From assembly GCF_009914755.1 (NCBI RefSeq), contig NC_060946.1: a DNA stretch of 64,000 bases; one strand, written 5' to 3'. How positions within the stretch are numbered: position 1 is the stretch's first letter; each line of letters starts with the position of its first letter. The notes under the pieces were generated by a model that did not search any database, was not told the DNA's origin, and was given only the letters and a program-made list of their open reading frames with translations. The translations under genes and the position numbers were made by a program. Shown here piece by piece: positions 1 to 18,600 of the stretch. The DNA comes from the human T2T-CHM13v2.0 reference genome, Homo sapiens.

Positions 1-335
1 AGCTGTGCCATCCCAAATACTTGGGCAGCAGCTCAGCATGGGCAGACATGGGGGCTGTGGATTCTTCCAGGGCGGGGATGGCAGATGGAGCCCTTGGGCT
101 CCTTGGGCCTAGAGCCACTTCTTACCAGGCAACGGGCACAGCCACCCTGGCACACCCTCTGCCTGGCCGTGCTGAACCTCTGCTGGTCCCAAGGGAGAAG
201 GGAGTGAGCGTGGGTCACCTGGGGAAAATCTCATCTGATTCCCTCCTTGCCCGACCTCTGCTAGGGGCTGGAGAACAGAGCTCAGAGCACCCAGTGTAGG
301 GAAACACAGCCAGACCACTGTGGTGACAGACTTTC

Positions 336-341
336 TTTATA
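336..341 (-). terminator. ZMAT5: Candidate variant poly(A) signal TATAAA for ZMAT5
   Basis: About 250 nt after the stop codon, followed by a GU-rich tract (tggtctggctgtgttt) on the minus strand; no AATAAA seen in this UTR. Confidence 0.5.
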
Positions 342-587
342 AACATTTGGAAGTTTTCTCCCCCATCTTCTTAAGAAGCAGGGGGGCAGGTGGAGGAGAG
401 TGAGGGGAGAGCTGCCCGGTGCAGACCCAGGACGAGGGCTGCACTTGGTGTGGCCGTGTCCTGAGCCTCAGTGAGGCTGGGCAGATGGTCTCGGAGCCTC
501 CATGGGGCGTAGCAGGAACCGGGCTTGGCTTCCTATTGTGACTGATGAGAAAAGTGACCACGTGGGGGTCAGTCGGGGGCAAGGGGC

Positions 588-717
588 TCAGCCCCACTGG
601 ACTCTGGGCTGCAGAGGCCACCCCCCAGGTGGGGGTGCCCGCAGGGATGGAGGCAGCTCCTGAACTGGTGGCCAGCCCACGGGGTACTGGAAGACAGTGG
701 TTCTGATGGGTTCAGCC
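588..717 (-). CDS. ZMAT5: ZMAT5 last coding exon ((R)[17 protein letters not shown]...PRVQWG*)
   Basis: (CT)n polypyrimidine tract, tag|G acceptor at 719-718, TGA at 590-588; 130 nt with phase matching the previous exon. Confidence 0.96.
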
Positions 718-818
718 CTAGAGAGAGAGAGAGAAGCGGGGAGAATAAGAGTGCACTACAGCCCAGGCTTATGCCACCCCCAGCCCACCTGCCTCACCAC
801 CCTGGCTGTGGGGAGGGT

Positions 819-1320
819 CAGCTGCCTGCATGACTTTTCTGGAAGGCAGAGCCTCGAAAATAGGCAGACCGTTTGAGCCAGCGACCTCACCTCTAGGAAC
901 TGAGCCCAAGGAAATAGCGGGGTTGCAGGCAGACATTGAGCTGCGAGACAATGGGAATAACCTTCGTGTCCACCTGTGGGGGACTGATTCAATACATATG
1001 CACGTCCACAGCAGAGAATGCCATGCGGCCTGTGTAAGAATTAAGGCAGATTTATATGCACTGATGAGGAAAGACATACTGTGTGATAGGGAGAAAAAGC
1101 AGCTTATAAAATAATGTATATAGCATGATACTATTTTTGTTTAAAAATATATAAAATATATAAATGCATAAAAAAATCCTGGAAGACACAGCAAAATGTT
1201 AACAGTGGTCCTATCTGAGTGGTGCCATTATGGGTGACTTTTTTACTCCTTTATATTTCTCAAAAGTTTTACGAGCACACAAGCCTTTGAAATCAGAAAA
1301 AAACATTGTCTAAATTTTTT
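819..1320 (+). mobile_element. Ancient L1M(E)-like 3' fragment
   Basis: Motifs like cagc.acctcacctctaggaa...aaggaaata and an AT-rich 3' end typical of old L1 3'UTRs. Confidence 0.55.
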
Positions 1321-1818
1321 TTTAAAGCCTAATTTCTCATGCTACTCACTGTCCTCCTCCTCAACGTCCACCCCGAGCCACCTCCCCTGGAACTTGGGGT
1401 CCATGTAAGTACTTGCCCTAGGAGAGGCATCCTCCGTGCCCAGCCCGGGGCACCCTGCCAAGGCCCAGCGATGGCCCCCCAACCATTCTTCCACCTGTCC
1501 CATACTCAGATCCTTCTGGCCTTGGGCCCCACGCATGCTGCTTCTCCAGGGCCGCATGGCCCTTCTCAGGCTTCGAAGTACTTTGAACCTTTGAGCACTT
1601 TGAACTCCCATCACCCCAGCTGCCTATACAAGACCTTTCTGGAAGGCAGAGCCTCAAAAACATGCAGACCCTTTGAACCAGCAACCTCACCTCTAGGAAC
1701 TGAGCCCAAGGAAATAGCAGGGTTGTGGGCAGCCATTGAGTTACAGCAATAGCCGTGAGACAATGGAAGTAGCCTTCATGTCCAGCTGTGGGGGACTGAT
1801 TAAGTACACGTGCACATT

Positions 1819-2356
<538 letters not shown>

Positions 2357-5300
2357 CTATTCTGGGCCACACACCATGACCTAGAGAAACCTTAAGAATC
2401 CTCAGGCGAACCCCATTTTATAGATGAGGAAACTGAGGTGCAAGGAGTCAGTCACGTGACCAAGTGACACCCTCGGGATGAGGCCTGAGGGCCTGGAATA
2501 CCAGCCCCACATCGGCTGCAGACACGGCCTTCCCACTTCAGCTCCCTCTGCTCTGGCACACTCCCACACCCCAACATCCAGCCTTCAGGCAAGGTGAGGC
2601 CCTGGCAGCTCCTGGCAGGCTCAGGGGCCCAGTGGCCAGCCCTCTGCAGAGAGAGAAGGGCTTGGGCCTGCGGAGAGGGGTTTGGAGAGGCCTCTGACCT
2701 CCGAGGGGGAGGTGGAGAGCCGGGGTCAGGAGCCCTGGGAGTTTCCCCTGCTGCACCCACCCAACCTGCCCCTCTCTGGACCAGACCTGCCATGCAGAGT
2801 CAAGGACTCCGGGGAGCTCTGGGTGCAGCCTCCAGGACCCCCAGGTGTGAGAGGACAGGGACATCCCCTGCTTCATGGCTCACTGCCTGCTAGAAAGTGC
2901 AGAAGGCAGCTCTTGACATGATTTATGGCACTGGGGAGATTTCATAAACTCCACCAGCCGCAGAGAAGGCGGGGAGGCTCCGCAGTTGCTGGAAGGGAGT
3001 GCCCTAGCTGCCAGCCAAGCCTGGGCTCCCTGCAGGGCCACAGGGACAGTGGGGATCCCCAGGGAGGGTGTGATCCTGGGGAGCCCCTTCCCCTGAGCCT
3101 CAGGCCCTTCCTCTAGAAAATGGGGCAGATTCCTGGGAACCTGGGACCTCCTGGGTCCAAGTCTCAGCCCCGTGCCCCTGCCTGCCCTGAGGTCCCGCCA
3201 GTAGACAGGCATACCCAGTGCCTGCTCACACACACTGGCACACTGCCAGGGCCCCAGACACGTGAGCCAAAGCCTTGGGGACATTGAGGTGCGTGTCTGG
3301 CACAACTCTGCTCGTAGCTTCTCTGGTGACCTGTTTGTCCTGTGCGTGAGGACAGGAGCCACTCTCTTGCATTTTCCCAGCCGCGGTCCTAATCAGAGGA
3401 AACAGAGTCGAGGAGGAGGATGGGCCAGGATGGCAGCGCCCGCCCAGAGAGGGGTGCAAAGGAGAGATTAAGAGGGATAGAGTCGCAAACTGAAGAGCCA
3501 ACAATGGGCAGCAGGGCCAGGCCTGGCCTTGCCGAGGGATTAGTCTGTGTGTCTGAGGCCGCCGCTGCTCTTGACAGATCCCTCAGGGTCAGTCTGCGGA
3601 GGGGGATAAGAGCTATGCCACCAGGCTGGGGCTTCATGGACCCCCACTTCCCCATGTTTACAAGGAGGGCTGGCCTGGCTCACTGGAGAGGCTCAGCTCA
3701 GCCAGCGGAGGTTGGAGCCCGCAGGTCTCGGTTCCCCGAGGTGGGGTGGGCAGCTCTCTGTGCCTTGTACTCTGGGGGAGGAAGCAGATACCCTGAGAGG
3801 AAGAGGGGGTCCCCCAGGCTTCCAGACCAGGCCCCACAAAAGGCTCGCAGCACTAACACCTGGGGAACGCCCGAACAGCAGCCTAAATGCTCATTCATGC
3901 AGTAAACCTGTCCTGGGCACCCCCAAGTCTGCCCAGGCCATGCAGGAGAAGCGGGGGCTGGGAGGGGTGATGTCTCAGCTAGAGCTTCCAGGACAAGTCT
4001 GACTCTGCCAGGCAGAGAGGTGGGAGGCAGTTTCAGGCAAGAAAATAGCATGCGCAAGGTGCTCCAAAATCACAAATGATGCCTCATCTAAGCTGCTGCC
4101 GAGTGTCCAGTGGGACCACCAGTCAGGCCAGAGGCAAGAGGTGAGAAGGTGAGATCCGACTGGCTGCGGAGGCATCAGGGAGGGTCCCCCGCCCCAGCCC
4201 CAGCCCCAGCCCTGCAAATGGGGCTGTGCGGCCAGAGGTGGAGGATGTGGGGAAGCGCCAGGGCCAGGGTGCATCAGGGCTGCTGTGTGGAGGATCCCCC
4301 GCGGGAGCAGAGGGAAGGTGGGAGACCAGGGAGGGGCCGCTGGGGTGCCCAGGAGAGCCAGGGTGGAGGAAGAACATTGTTGCTGCAGCACTGCCTCCAG
4401 GCTGGAGAGGGAGCCAGGAAGAAAGTGAGGTAGCCTTGCGGGGGCTGGGGCTGGAATCCACCCCCTCCCATTAAGCAGGGTAGGGGGTGTGGATGCAGGG
4501 GAGGGGCTCAAAGCCCAGGACGGAGGGAAAGGCTGCTAGGCTTCAGGAGACCAGCCTGCCCGGAGACAGTTATGGACGCCCAAGGCAGCAATGGCAAAAG
4601 CAGGAATAAACGGTCACCTCCCTTCCCACAGCCCCTTTTTCTCAAGGCTGGACAGGCCTGCTCTGCCTAGAGAACAATTCATTTTGGCCCCAAGCCCTCA
4701 GGAGGCAGGAGGAAGGCAGGTGGCAGATCCCCTGGAAGGGGCCAGGCTGGGTGGCCAGAGGGACAATGGCCCAGAGCACAGGGCTCAGACCCCCTACAGC
4801 CAAGGTGGGCTCCAGTTGCAGAACAATCATTCCCAAAACAGTCACTGCCATCAGGGCAGCCTGCTGCTGCCACTGCCACTACCCACAGCCACACAGAGCC
4901 TTGGGCCAGCCCTGAACTTGGTGTCAGAGGCAGCCTGGGGTCTAGACACAGAGCAGGGACCTAGCTCTCTCTCAAGTGAGGGCTAAGGGCAGCAGGGCAC
5001 GTGTGATCAGGATGGCCCCACCTCCTGGAGAGGTTAAGATTCCTCAGATGCAAAATGGGGGTGCCAATCTCCCTGAATGCCCCCAAACACTGGGAACACT
5101 GTAAGCACCAAACTCAATTCTCATATGGTCACCACTTCAACCTGTGACTAGGAGCCAGTCATTCAGCCTCAGTTTCCCCATCTGGTACCCTAGTCCCCCA
5201 AGTCTCAAATTCATAGCGCCTTGTTTCAGCACAGGGATGCATCTGTCTGGAACCCAGGCAAGGACTCTGGGGCACCCCATCTCTACCCCACCCATTGGTG

Positions 5301-5725
5301 CTCACTCCAGTTCAGCCACAGGGACTCCATGAAACCTTGTCACAGCCCCAAGAGACAGCCGGGCCTCTGTGACTCGCTCCCAGCGGAGGACACCATGGAC
5401 CCAGAGCAGGGAGGCGAGTGGCTGGTGCAACTCGGTTAGCAGGTGGCAGAGTGAGGATGGGACTCATAGGAGATCCTGTCCAAGTAGCGGTGCAGGGGCC
5501 AGAGCTTTCTGGGCAGCCTCCAACCAGCTCAAGCCTTTTGCACACGGGCTGAAGGAGTCTGGGGTGTAGGACGTGGATCCCTGGACAGCAACCAGTCCCA
5601 AAGGAGGTGCTCACATGCACAAAGACAGGATAGAACCCCTTTAGACGGGACCCTTCAGACAGGACCAGGAGGAGAGAATGTCACACTCCAACGTTTGAGT
5701 CATGTCTGTACCACATATACTTTTA

Positions 5726-6718
<993 letters not shown>

Positions 6719-7692
6719 CACCCTCATAGTCTCTTTCACTGGAGCACAGAGAAGGCAAGAAGTTTGGCCTTCACCTCCTGGCAGAGCTCCAAGGGAAGGC
6801 CTCTTCCCCCAGACTATCTGGCCAGGTCCCCTTGGCCCAGGCCAGGCCACCATTTTGTGAAGCCACACCACAGAGGTAGTCAGGTCTGAAGCCCGTTGCA
6901 AGATGGGGAAAGCAAGGTAGTCGGGATGGGAAAACGTGTTCAAAGTCGCATGCGGCTCCTGGGCGCAGCTTTATCCCCTTTTCCTCCCCTCCCTCCTTCA
7001 ACTGCTGGAGGAAGAGCCCAGGAGCTCAGGCTTCGGTTTTGGCCGCCAGCCTTTGTCTGCCCCTGCCTGCCCTGTGCCCCGTTCTGATGTGAATATCACC
7101 CGAGGCCCTTCCCTCAAAGAGGAGGACCAGGGACATCACGAAGCACACACCCCAAGGACCCCGATCCAGCAGCTCCCCTTCTACTTGTGAGCGTCCCGAG
7201 GGCTGGGGCCATCTCCAGACCCCCTTCCTTAGAAAGGCAGTGGGACCAGGACCTCGTCATCACGCCTGTGCAATCCCGGCTCTACATTTTCCCGTCTGTG
7301 TGCCCTCGGGCAAGTCGCACCCTCCCTGTTTTCCCTTCTGCAAGGCCCTAGAGGCAACAGCGGGCAGCAGTGCATGGTGACCACAGCCCAGGCCCCTCCC
7401 TCTGGCAACGGACTTGTGACTTGCAGCCAAATCAGCTCTGCCGCCTGCCTCCCCTCCAGCCAGCACAGACTCCAACAGGGGCCCAGCTTTGGGAGAGGCT
7501 CTTTCAAACACCCCTCAGCCTCTGGCCAGGGCCTGGGGCCCCAAGGGCTCCTCGGGGAGCTATGTGTAGGCAACTTTATTCGGCCCCTGGGCCTGGGCAG
7601 TTCATGGAGATTCCTGAGCCTCAGGAAGGGGAAGGCGGGCTGGGGTTTTGCCCCCAGGGGGCACAGCGGGAGGGAACCCTGGGGACCTGTAC

Positions 7693-7804
7693 CTGCTACT
7701 TGGGGCTGAGCTCAGCCGCTTGGCTCTCTTCTCCAGCCAGTCCTCCAGATGGCCCTCGGGGAGCTCAGGAGCATCTAGTAGCCACTCCCTGGCTCGCCTC
7801 TCCT
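7693..7804 (-). CDS. ZMAT5: ZMAT5 coding exon 4 ((E)[36 protein letters not shown])
   Basis: ccacag| acceptor and CAG|gtacag donor; 112 nt, phase 1 to phase 2. Confidence 0.96.
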
Positions 7805-8008
7805 CTGTGGGGACAGGGAGACAAAGGCAAGTGAGGGGTACACTCCTGCCTGCCAGAACCCTACCCTCTCACAAAGCAGAAGCAACTGGTAGGCCCTGAG
7901 CAAGCCTGGGAAGTTGCAGCAACCTTCCAGGAGGATGCACCTGGACTGCTTCTCCAGGCCATCTGTGCACGAGGGCCCAGCACTCGGCCTCGCTCTGTTT
8001 TCCCATCA

Positions 8009-8517
<509 letters not shown>

Positions 8518-8699
8518 TCAGCTTCCCTGGTTTTTATTCTCATAAGCTGTCCAACAAAACCTGTTGCTCAACGAATTAAAACCAATCAACGAATGGAATT
8601 TATACAAGCTGGGTGTGAGCGTTTGATGGGGTCAGAGTCGCCAAGTCATCTGGGATGGAGTCTTGGGCCAGAGGAAAGTAATCATACACTTGACTAGCA

Positions 8700-8813
8700 C
8701 TCACTCAGAGCCAGGCCCCAGTCTCTGGAGCTCACTCGGGGCCAGGCCTCGGTCTCTGGAGCTCACTCGGGGCCGGGCCCTGGTCTCTGGAGCTCACTTG
8801 GGGCCGGGCCCTG
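8700..8813. repeat. 31-bp minisatellite, about 3.7 copies
   Basis: ctcact recurs at 8700, 8731, 8762, 8793; unit about ctcactcggggccrggccctggtctctggag. Confidence 0.9.
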
Positions 8814-10012
8814 GGCTGTACAGGTGTCATCTTGCTTCATCCTTAGAGACATCACATTCGACAGGACACAGCCTCCAAGAGGTTAAGCCACGTACCAAGG
8901 TTACAGAGGACGTGGCAGAGCTGGGACTGTCAGAGCTGCCAGCTGGGACTCTGTTCCCAGCCTCCCTGGGCCTCTCCCCATTCCTGTCCCCGCTCGGCAT
9001 CGTCTCCAGTTCCAGGCCCACTGCCCCGTGCTCGTCCCACCATGGGCCAGCCGTCCTCTGAGAGCCCATAGCCAGGGAAGAGCTGCAGCTGCCGCTGCTG
9101 CCAGGACTTGCTGGCCAGTCCCACAAGGCCTTGCTTCCACCCTGGGGAAAAATGCTCCTGGAAACCCTGTGTTGGTCCCGGGGCTGCAGCCACAGCACCA
9201 CTGGCTCCCAGGGCAGGGCACGGAGCCTGCAGTGTCTAACTGGTCAGAGGGGAGTGAGGCCCGTAGGGGGATCAGGGCAAAGGCCAAGCTGCCCCAGACC
9301 TTCACTGGCTACCCTGAGGCCTCCTGGACAGAGAAGCTTAAGGGGGCAGGCACTGAGAGACCTGGAGTCTGCCCCCAACCTGCTGGGGGGCTCACGCGAG
9401 GCCTTTCAGTCTGAATGTTGGCCTTAGTTTCCCCACCTGTTCAGTGAGAGGCTGTGGAAGAAGATTGATAAACACCATCTCAGTCAGAACTTCCTTGTTC
9501 TCTAACTAGAGGAGTGAATTTCCCAAAGGCGAGATGTCAGTTTCCATGGAAGCTGAACTTGCCCCTCCCTGGAATCACCAGGCTGTGAGACTCCAGAGGG
9601 CAGGGAAGGTGCGTTCCTAAACTCCTTATCCCTAGACTGTCGTAAGGGGTCTGCTTGGTGCCAAGTGGGGACTGGGTATGCTGCCTGATTGAGGAAGGGA
9701 TGGGGTGTACCCACCAATGACTGCTGGGCTGGCCACAGGGTCCAGGTGGGGCTGAGGTGCACCTTCAGGGCTCCCAGGCAGGAAGCCACACAGGCTCCAC
9801 TGTAAGGGGACACAGGCCTGCCTTCTCCACTCATGCTGAAGCTGTTCCTAACACCTGGCCCAAACCGGGGGCTCAGGGCTCCGCATCACCCTGGGTGGCC
9901 CTTGGTTGCCAATGATGGGGAGATAGGGAGGCATAGGCCAGCTTCCCCGGTCTCAGAGCCCACATGCCCCAGCACCCCACTCCCGCTTAGCCCAGGGCAT
10001 CCCGAGACGTAC

Positions 10013-10093
10013 CCTCCACCTGGATGCTCAGCTCCTGCAGGTCTCGCTCTGACATGTGGGAAAATCTGCAGTTGGAGCCAAAGTCGCACTGGC
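10013..10093 (-). CDS. ZMAT5: ZMAT5 coding exon 3 ((G)[26 protein letters not shown]), second half of CCCH zinc finger
   Basis: ctgcag| acceptor and AGG|gtacgt donor; 81 nt; completes C-x8-C-x5-C-x3-H. Confidence 0.96.
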
Positions 10094-10890
10094 CTGCAGC
10101 AGGAAGACAGAGTTACTCGCTGCTCGGGAGGGGCTCCCCACAGGGGCTGAGGGGTGCCCAGATGAGGGATCCCAGAATCTTAGGGGCAGGACTTCAGGGC
10201 CTAAAGAATAGCAACCCTGATCCGGGACAGAAAATGGAATCTCTCCGGCCCTGCCCATTCAGCAGCCAGAGCGACTTCTCACCTATCATGCCACATGCTC
10301 ACGACCCTTCTCCAGCTGCCCCCCATGCTGGGGATCACTTCCAACTGAAGCCTGTCATGACTGGGCCTCGCAAGCCTCTGCAGGCTGTCTCTGTCACCAG
10401 CCCTCCCAGCCCTGCCTCGATGAACTACATATGGGTTCCTGAAAGGGCAATGCTTCCTTTCTCCACTCCAAGCCGCAGCACGTGCTATGCCCAGCCTAGT
10501 ATTCTGCCTGCCTACCTGGCTCACGGGAGCAATTGGACTGCTCCTTAGAAAGGCTTCAGTGGCAGCTTTGCCAAAGAGGCACCAAAATCTGGGGTGGCTT
10601 CCCCTCTTTCAACCAAGGAGACCAAAATGTATGTCGAGATACTGGGAGGCTGGAGGTGTCTCAAGCCAGGATAACCTACCAGTGACATATTCACATCAAG
10701 GCAAAGTCTGTAGGGAAGCCCCTGATCTGCAGGCTTGGTGCCCATCCTAGGGGAGCTTGGACATTCACCCAGTTTCCCTAGTTCAGCTGCAGCACCTCTC
10801 CCCAGTGCTAAGCTCCCTTACAAACCATGTGAATCATCATAGTTTTCCTCTTTGCCATGGCTGCCAGGAAGCTCAGAGCCAAACCCTTAG

Positions 10891-13113
<2,223 letters not shown>

Positions 13114-15249
13114 TAGGTATGGTTTTAAATTTGCTTCTTGATAGGCAAGCTATTAATCAGTCAAAATCTGTAAGGAAGTAGGGTACCTGAGGATGGTATC
13201 CTGACTCAGGAACCCTTATATCCACCCCAGGGGAGGGGAGAGGCAAGGCCTGGGCTGGACATTCACCCACCACCTTTTCTAGAGGCCAAGGAAAGACCAC
13301 AGGCTCCAGAGTCCAAGAAACCTGAGCTCAAATCCTAACAACATATGACCACGTGCAAGCTGCATAAACTCCAAGTCTCAGTTTCCCCATATGTCAAATG
13401 GGAGGATAGTTCCCACCTGGCAGGGCTGCTGTGAAAATGTCATCAGATAATGAATGGAGAGTGCTTTGCAGAGGAGGCCCGTGGCTCCCAACTCTGGTGG
13501 TACATGAGAATCACTAGGAAAGTGACCAGGTTTGCCTCTGGGGCCAGCAGTGGCCTTAGCACCATGTTCTCCAGGTATACGGCCAAGACTGGGTGGGTAC
13601 ACAGCAAATGGTAGCAATTCTTCATTTTTTCCTCACAAACCCTCTGAACAGCGCAAACATCCCCACTTTGCAGAGGGGAAAACAGAGGTTCAGACAAGGG
13701 AAGTGATTTGCCAAGGGCAACTGGTGGCTTGTGGGAGGCGGGGGCGGGCGGGGGGTGTGGTCTGCTGGGATAAGGAGTTGGTTGTCAGAGAACTCATGCC
13801 AGGGGGACCAGCAGGGTGGGGAGGGTCTATCTGTTAGCGCCGGGCTTGTCAGACTCATTGTACCCAGCTGGTGCTACAGACACCACTGCCTGCCTTTCCC
13901 TGAGGTGGGGGGGTACTAGGGGAGGGCATGTGGACATTGCCCTGGACCCCCAAGGCTGGGATGACTGAGGCAGGCGGCGGGACTGAGCCTGGGTCCTATA
14001 CAAGGGGCTGTGCCAGGTGGCTTGGGGTGGGAGAAGAATTCCAGGCTGCCCACGTCCGCTTAGTGGTTCCTGACCCCAGCCACACATCAGAATCACCAGG
14101 CAGTTTTTAAAGTACATGGACACCCGGCCCCAGCCCTCTCAGGTTCTCTTTTAATTCATTGGAAGGGAGGGCATCAGAATTGTTTAAAGCTCCTCGGTGA
14201 CTCTGAAGTGTACTCAGGGTTGAGAACCCCTGGCCCAGGCCCTGCACGAGGAAGCCCATGCTCTTGCAGTGGGTATTCAAGGCCCCTCATGATCTGATCC
14301 TATTGGTCCTTCTTGCTTCATCTCCCAGATGAACAGCTGCCCCTGGTGCCTCATGTTTCTTTGCTCAATCACTTAGACATTCATCTGCCAAACATTCACT
14401 GAGCATGTCCTGTGTGCCAGGCACCACGCCAGGCTGAGGATTTAAGTGGAGAACAAGTCGGAGCTGGTCCTTCCTTCTGGTCCAACAGTCACACTAATCC
14501 CTATGGATGTAAGCGGGGTAAACATCTAGCGTGTAGCCAAACGACCTGACCCGTTCTAGGGGTCGGGGAGGACGTCCCTGAGGATTTGCTGCCTGACTTG
14601 AGTTCTGAGGTGGTGGGGGGGCCTGGCTTGGGGCAGGGAGGACAGCAGGAAGGGCATGTCTACAGAGGGGACAGCTTATGCCCAGCAGATGCAGTGGCCA
14701 GGGTGGCTGCAGCTGGAAGGGAGAGGCCGGCAGGTCATGGAGGCCTGGGCAGGACAGGGGCTTTGCCCAGAACACACCATTCTAATTGGGCGCAAGCTCG
14801 CTAGGCAGAGGGGCCCTATTTTATCCACCTTTGAATCTTTAGAGCCTGCCTGGGAGCCGCGGACATGCTGAATGAATGAGCCCATGAGATGAAGGCTGGA
14901 GGGAATCCTTCTGAGGACCCACAGGCACCATGCCTACTTAGTAAGCTCTTATGTGCCATGCAGTCATCATGAGGTTACTGAGCCCCTGTCATAGCCCTGG
15001 AAGGTGGGGACTGTTGTAGCTGTTTTATACATGACAAAATGAGGGCCACAGTGTTAGTGAGTGACACCTGGGGACTGGTGCCCTGCACCTGACCATGGCG
15101 GATGGATCATCAGCCCCTCTGAGGGCTAAGGGGACGTGGCCCAGGCCAAGAAGCTGGGAGCAAAGCTGAAGTCGAGTTCATTCACACGGTATATCCGCAA
15201 GTCCCTGCGGTTGCTCAGAGTGAGCAGAAGCCCTGGGGCAGCCTCCTGA

Positions 15250-16024
<775 letters not shown>

Positions 16025-17780
16025 TAAGGACTGAATGTGTTGGGGATGTGAGGACACTGAGAACACAGGAGCCCTGGGGCACTCCTGTCACCTGCTGCTT
16101 CATCTTTTCTATAAGTGACACAGGGACCTCTGCCAATCAGCCCTGGATCCCAGCATCCAGCTGTTGACAGCTGAGAATCTGGGACTAGGTGATCTCGGCC
16201 CAGCTCCCTCTAGATCACAGCCCACACTGGATTTGCACAGCAGGGAGCCTTAGCGTAACACCAGGGTTAGAGTCTCCTAGGGAGCTAGGAGACCCCACTG
16301 CCCATGAATTTTCCTGTGGCCTTGCAACCACAGCCACGCCTGGCCTGCTGAGCAGCCTGGCCACCCCCTCACTTGAACCTCTGAGCCTCAGCTCCCTCAA
16401 GTGAAATGCGGAGTCTGGGAAGCCTTTAGAAACACCATGCCTAGTCCCCAAACCTGCCTCTGGGGAGGGGATGGGGTTGGGGAATCAGTGGTTTTAGCCT
16501 AAAGGTCTCCAGGTGATCCTAACCTGCAGCCGGAGTTGAGAATCACTGCCCTAGAGAGTTGTCGAGAAAAGCAAATGACGAACTATGAAAAGCACCAGCA
16601 TGTAGCAGGCATGCGATCCATGCTCATTCCTTGTTTGTGAACTCTCAGTTTCAGGCCTTTTTTGAGGCGGGGTCTCACAATGCTGCCCAGGCTGCTCTTG
16701 AACTTCTGGGCTCAAACAATCTTCCCACCTCAGTGTCCCAAAGTGCTAGGATTACAGGGGAAAGCCACCACACCTAGCCCCAACCAGGGAACTCTCTCTC
16801 CACCTCTCCTCCCTTCTTGGCTGCTGGATTTGGTTCCTTCTTCGGAGGCCCTGTCCCAGAATCCTGCTCACCAACCTACAGGGCATCGGCCCCACTCTGG
16901 CTCATTCCAGGAGCTCCTGGCCCACCCTCGCCCCACCGCCAAGTGCCCATATCTCTCAACCTGGCTCCTGCCAGTCACCCTCTGGAACCTCCCTGGCTGT
17001 TCCTCAGTGTGAATGTCCAGTGACAGCCGTGCAACAGCACAACTCCCCTCTCTGGGCACCTCCCGGGAAACAGGCCCTGTGCTAGGCACTTCCGACCTTA
17101 GCTCATTCACCCCAATTGTTCTTGCTCTGAGAGGCCTTTCCCAGAAGAGCCTGCCTTCCTTCTGCAACTGGGTTATTCACCCGTGCCTGCAGCCAGTCAT
17201 TCAACTGCCACTGACCGCACCCAACTGCTCCCCACGAAGCAGTCTGCGCTGTCAAGGCAGGTCTGGCCACGGCAGCTAAAGCCCTTCAAAGGCTGCTCTC
17301 TGCCCTTGGAACAGGGACCCCCCCACCTCCGCCCCCTGCTTATGATGGCCTCCACAGGCTTGGAAGATCCCTGCCCCAGAGCCAGCTTGAGCCCTACCAT
17401 TCTCCCCTGGCCTGCTCCGCCCAGCCACACCCTCTCCCTCCTGCTCCGAGAGCCCTGGTGCTGGACTCAGGGCTGCCTGCTTCTCTTCACACCCTCCACC
17501 CAGAACTGCATGGCTAGCTTTCCCCTATTTTAGCTGTTGGCTCAAACATCACCTCCTTCTAGGGCCTTCCTCCTGTCCACAGAGCCTTCAGTCAGCGTTG
17601 TTGGGGAAAGAGCTCACCTACCAGCCTGCTCCTCTGAGGGCCCAGTGGCTCAGGCCTCCCTCTCTTTTGATCCTCAAAGAGCCCAGACCTAGACTGTCAC
17701 TGACCCACAGGAGTCTTTGATGATAAGAAAGATCAGAGAGCAGGGCTCCAGGAGCCTGGCCCCCAGCCAGCGGCACCCAC

Positions 17781-17907
17781 CTCGGAACATGTCGTACCAG
17801 ACCTTCTTGGCCTTGAGGTGCTGCAGCCCGTTCAGGTGCTTCTTGCGGTTGTGGAGGTTGTCCTGGAAGGAGCGGTCGCAGTAGTCACAGAAGTATCGCT
17901 TCCCCAT
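17781..17907 (-). CDS. ZMAT5: ZMAT5 first coding exon, U1-C/matrin-type C2H2 zinc finger ([30 protein letters not shown]...)
   Basis: Strong Kozak GCCATGG; GAG|gtgggt donor; acceptor tcccag| with exon starting at 17934; five exons sum to 513 nt = 170 aa + stop. Confidence 0.97.
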
Positions 17908-18087
17908 GGCCACTCAGAGCAGGTGCTTTGCTGCCTGGGAAGCCACAAAGAGCTCAGATTAGACCATTGGAGAAAACACATCCCTCACCAGCCCACTGAA
18001 TGCTTCCTGAGGGCCAGGCCTGAGCCCAGGCTTTACTCATATGCACCCCGCCCCATTAGGAGTGTCAAGCTGATGAGTATGGCCTAA

Positions 18088-18348
<261 letters not shown>

Positions 18349-18444
18349 TAGTTTTTAAAGTCTATCAGGTGATTCTAACATGTAAGTAGGCTGAACTGCC
18401 ACCTTATACCCTGTGGCTGGCCTCCCTTGTCTCCTACCACATAG

Positions 18445-18600
<156 letters not shown>

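Larger units (their letters stand above)
1..1200 (+). other. CABP7: Probable distal 3'UTR of CABP7, convergent with and overlapping the ZMAT5 last exon
   Basis: No coding sequence visible. Inferred only from known gene order at this locus; end coordinate approximate. Confidence 0.35.

Noticed and set aside
8700-8813. CRISPR-like array
   Set aside because: Contiguous tandem units without unique spacers in eukaryotic DNA.
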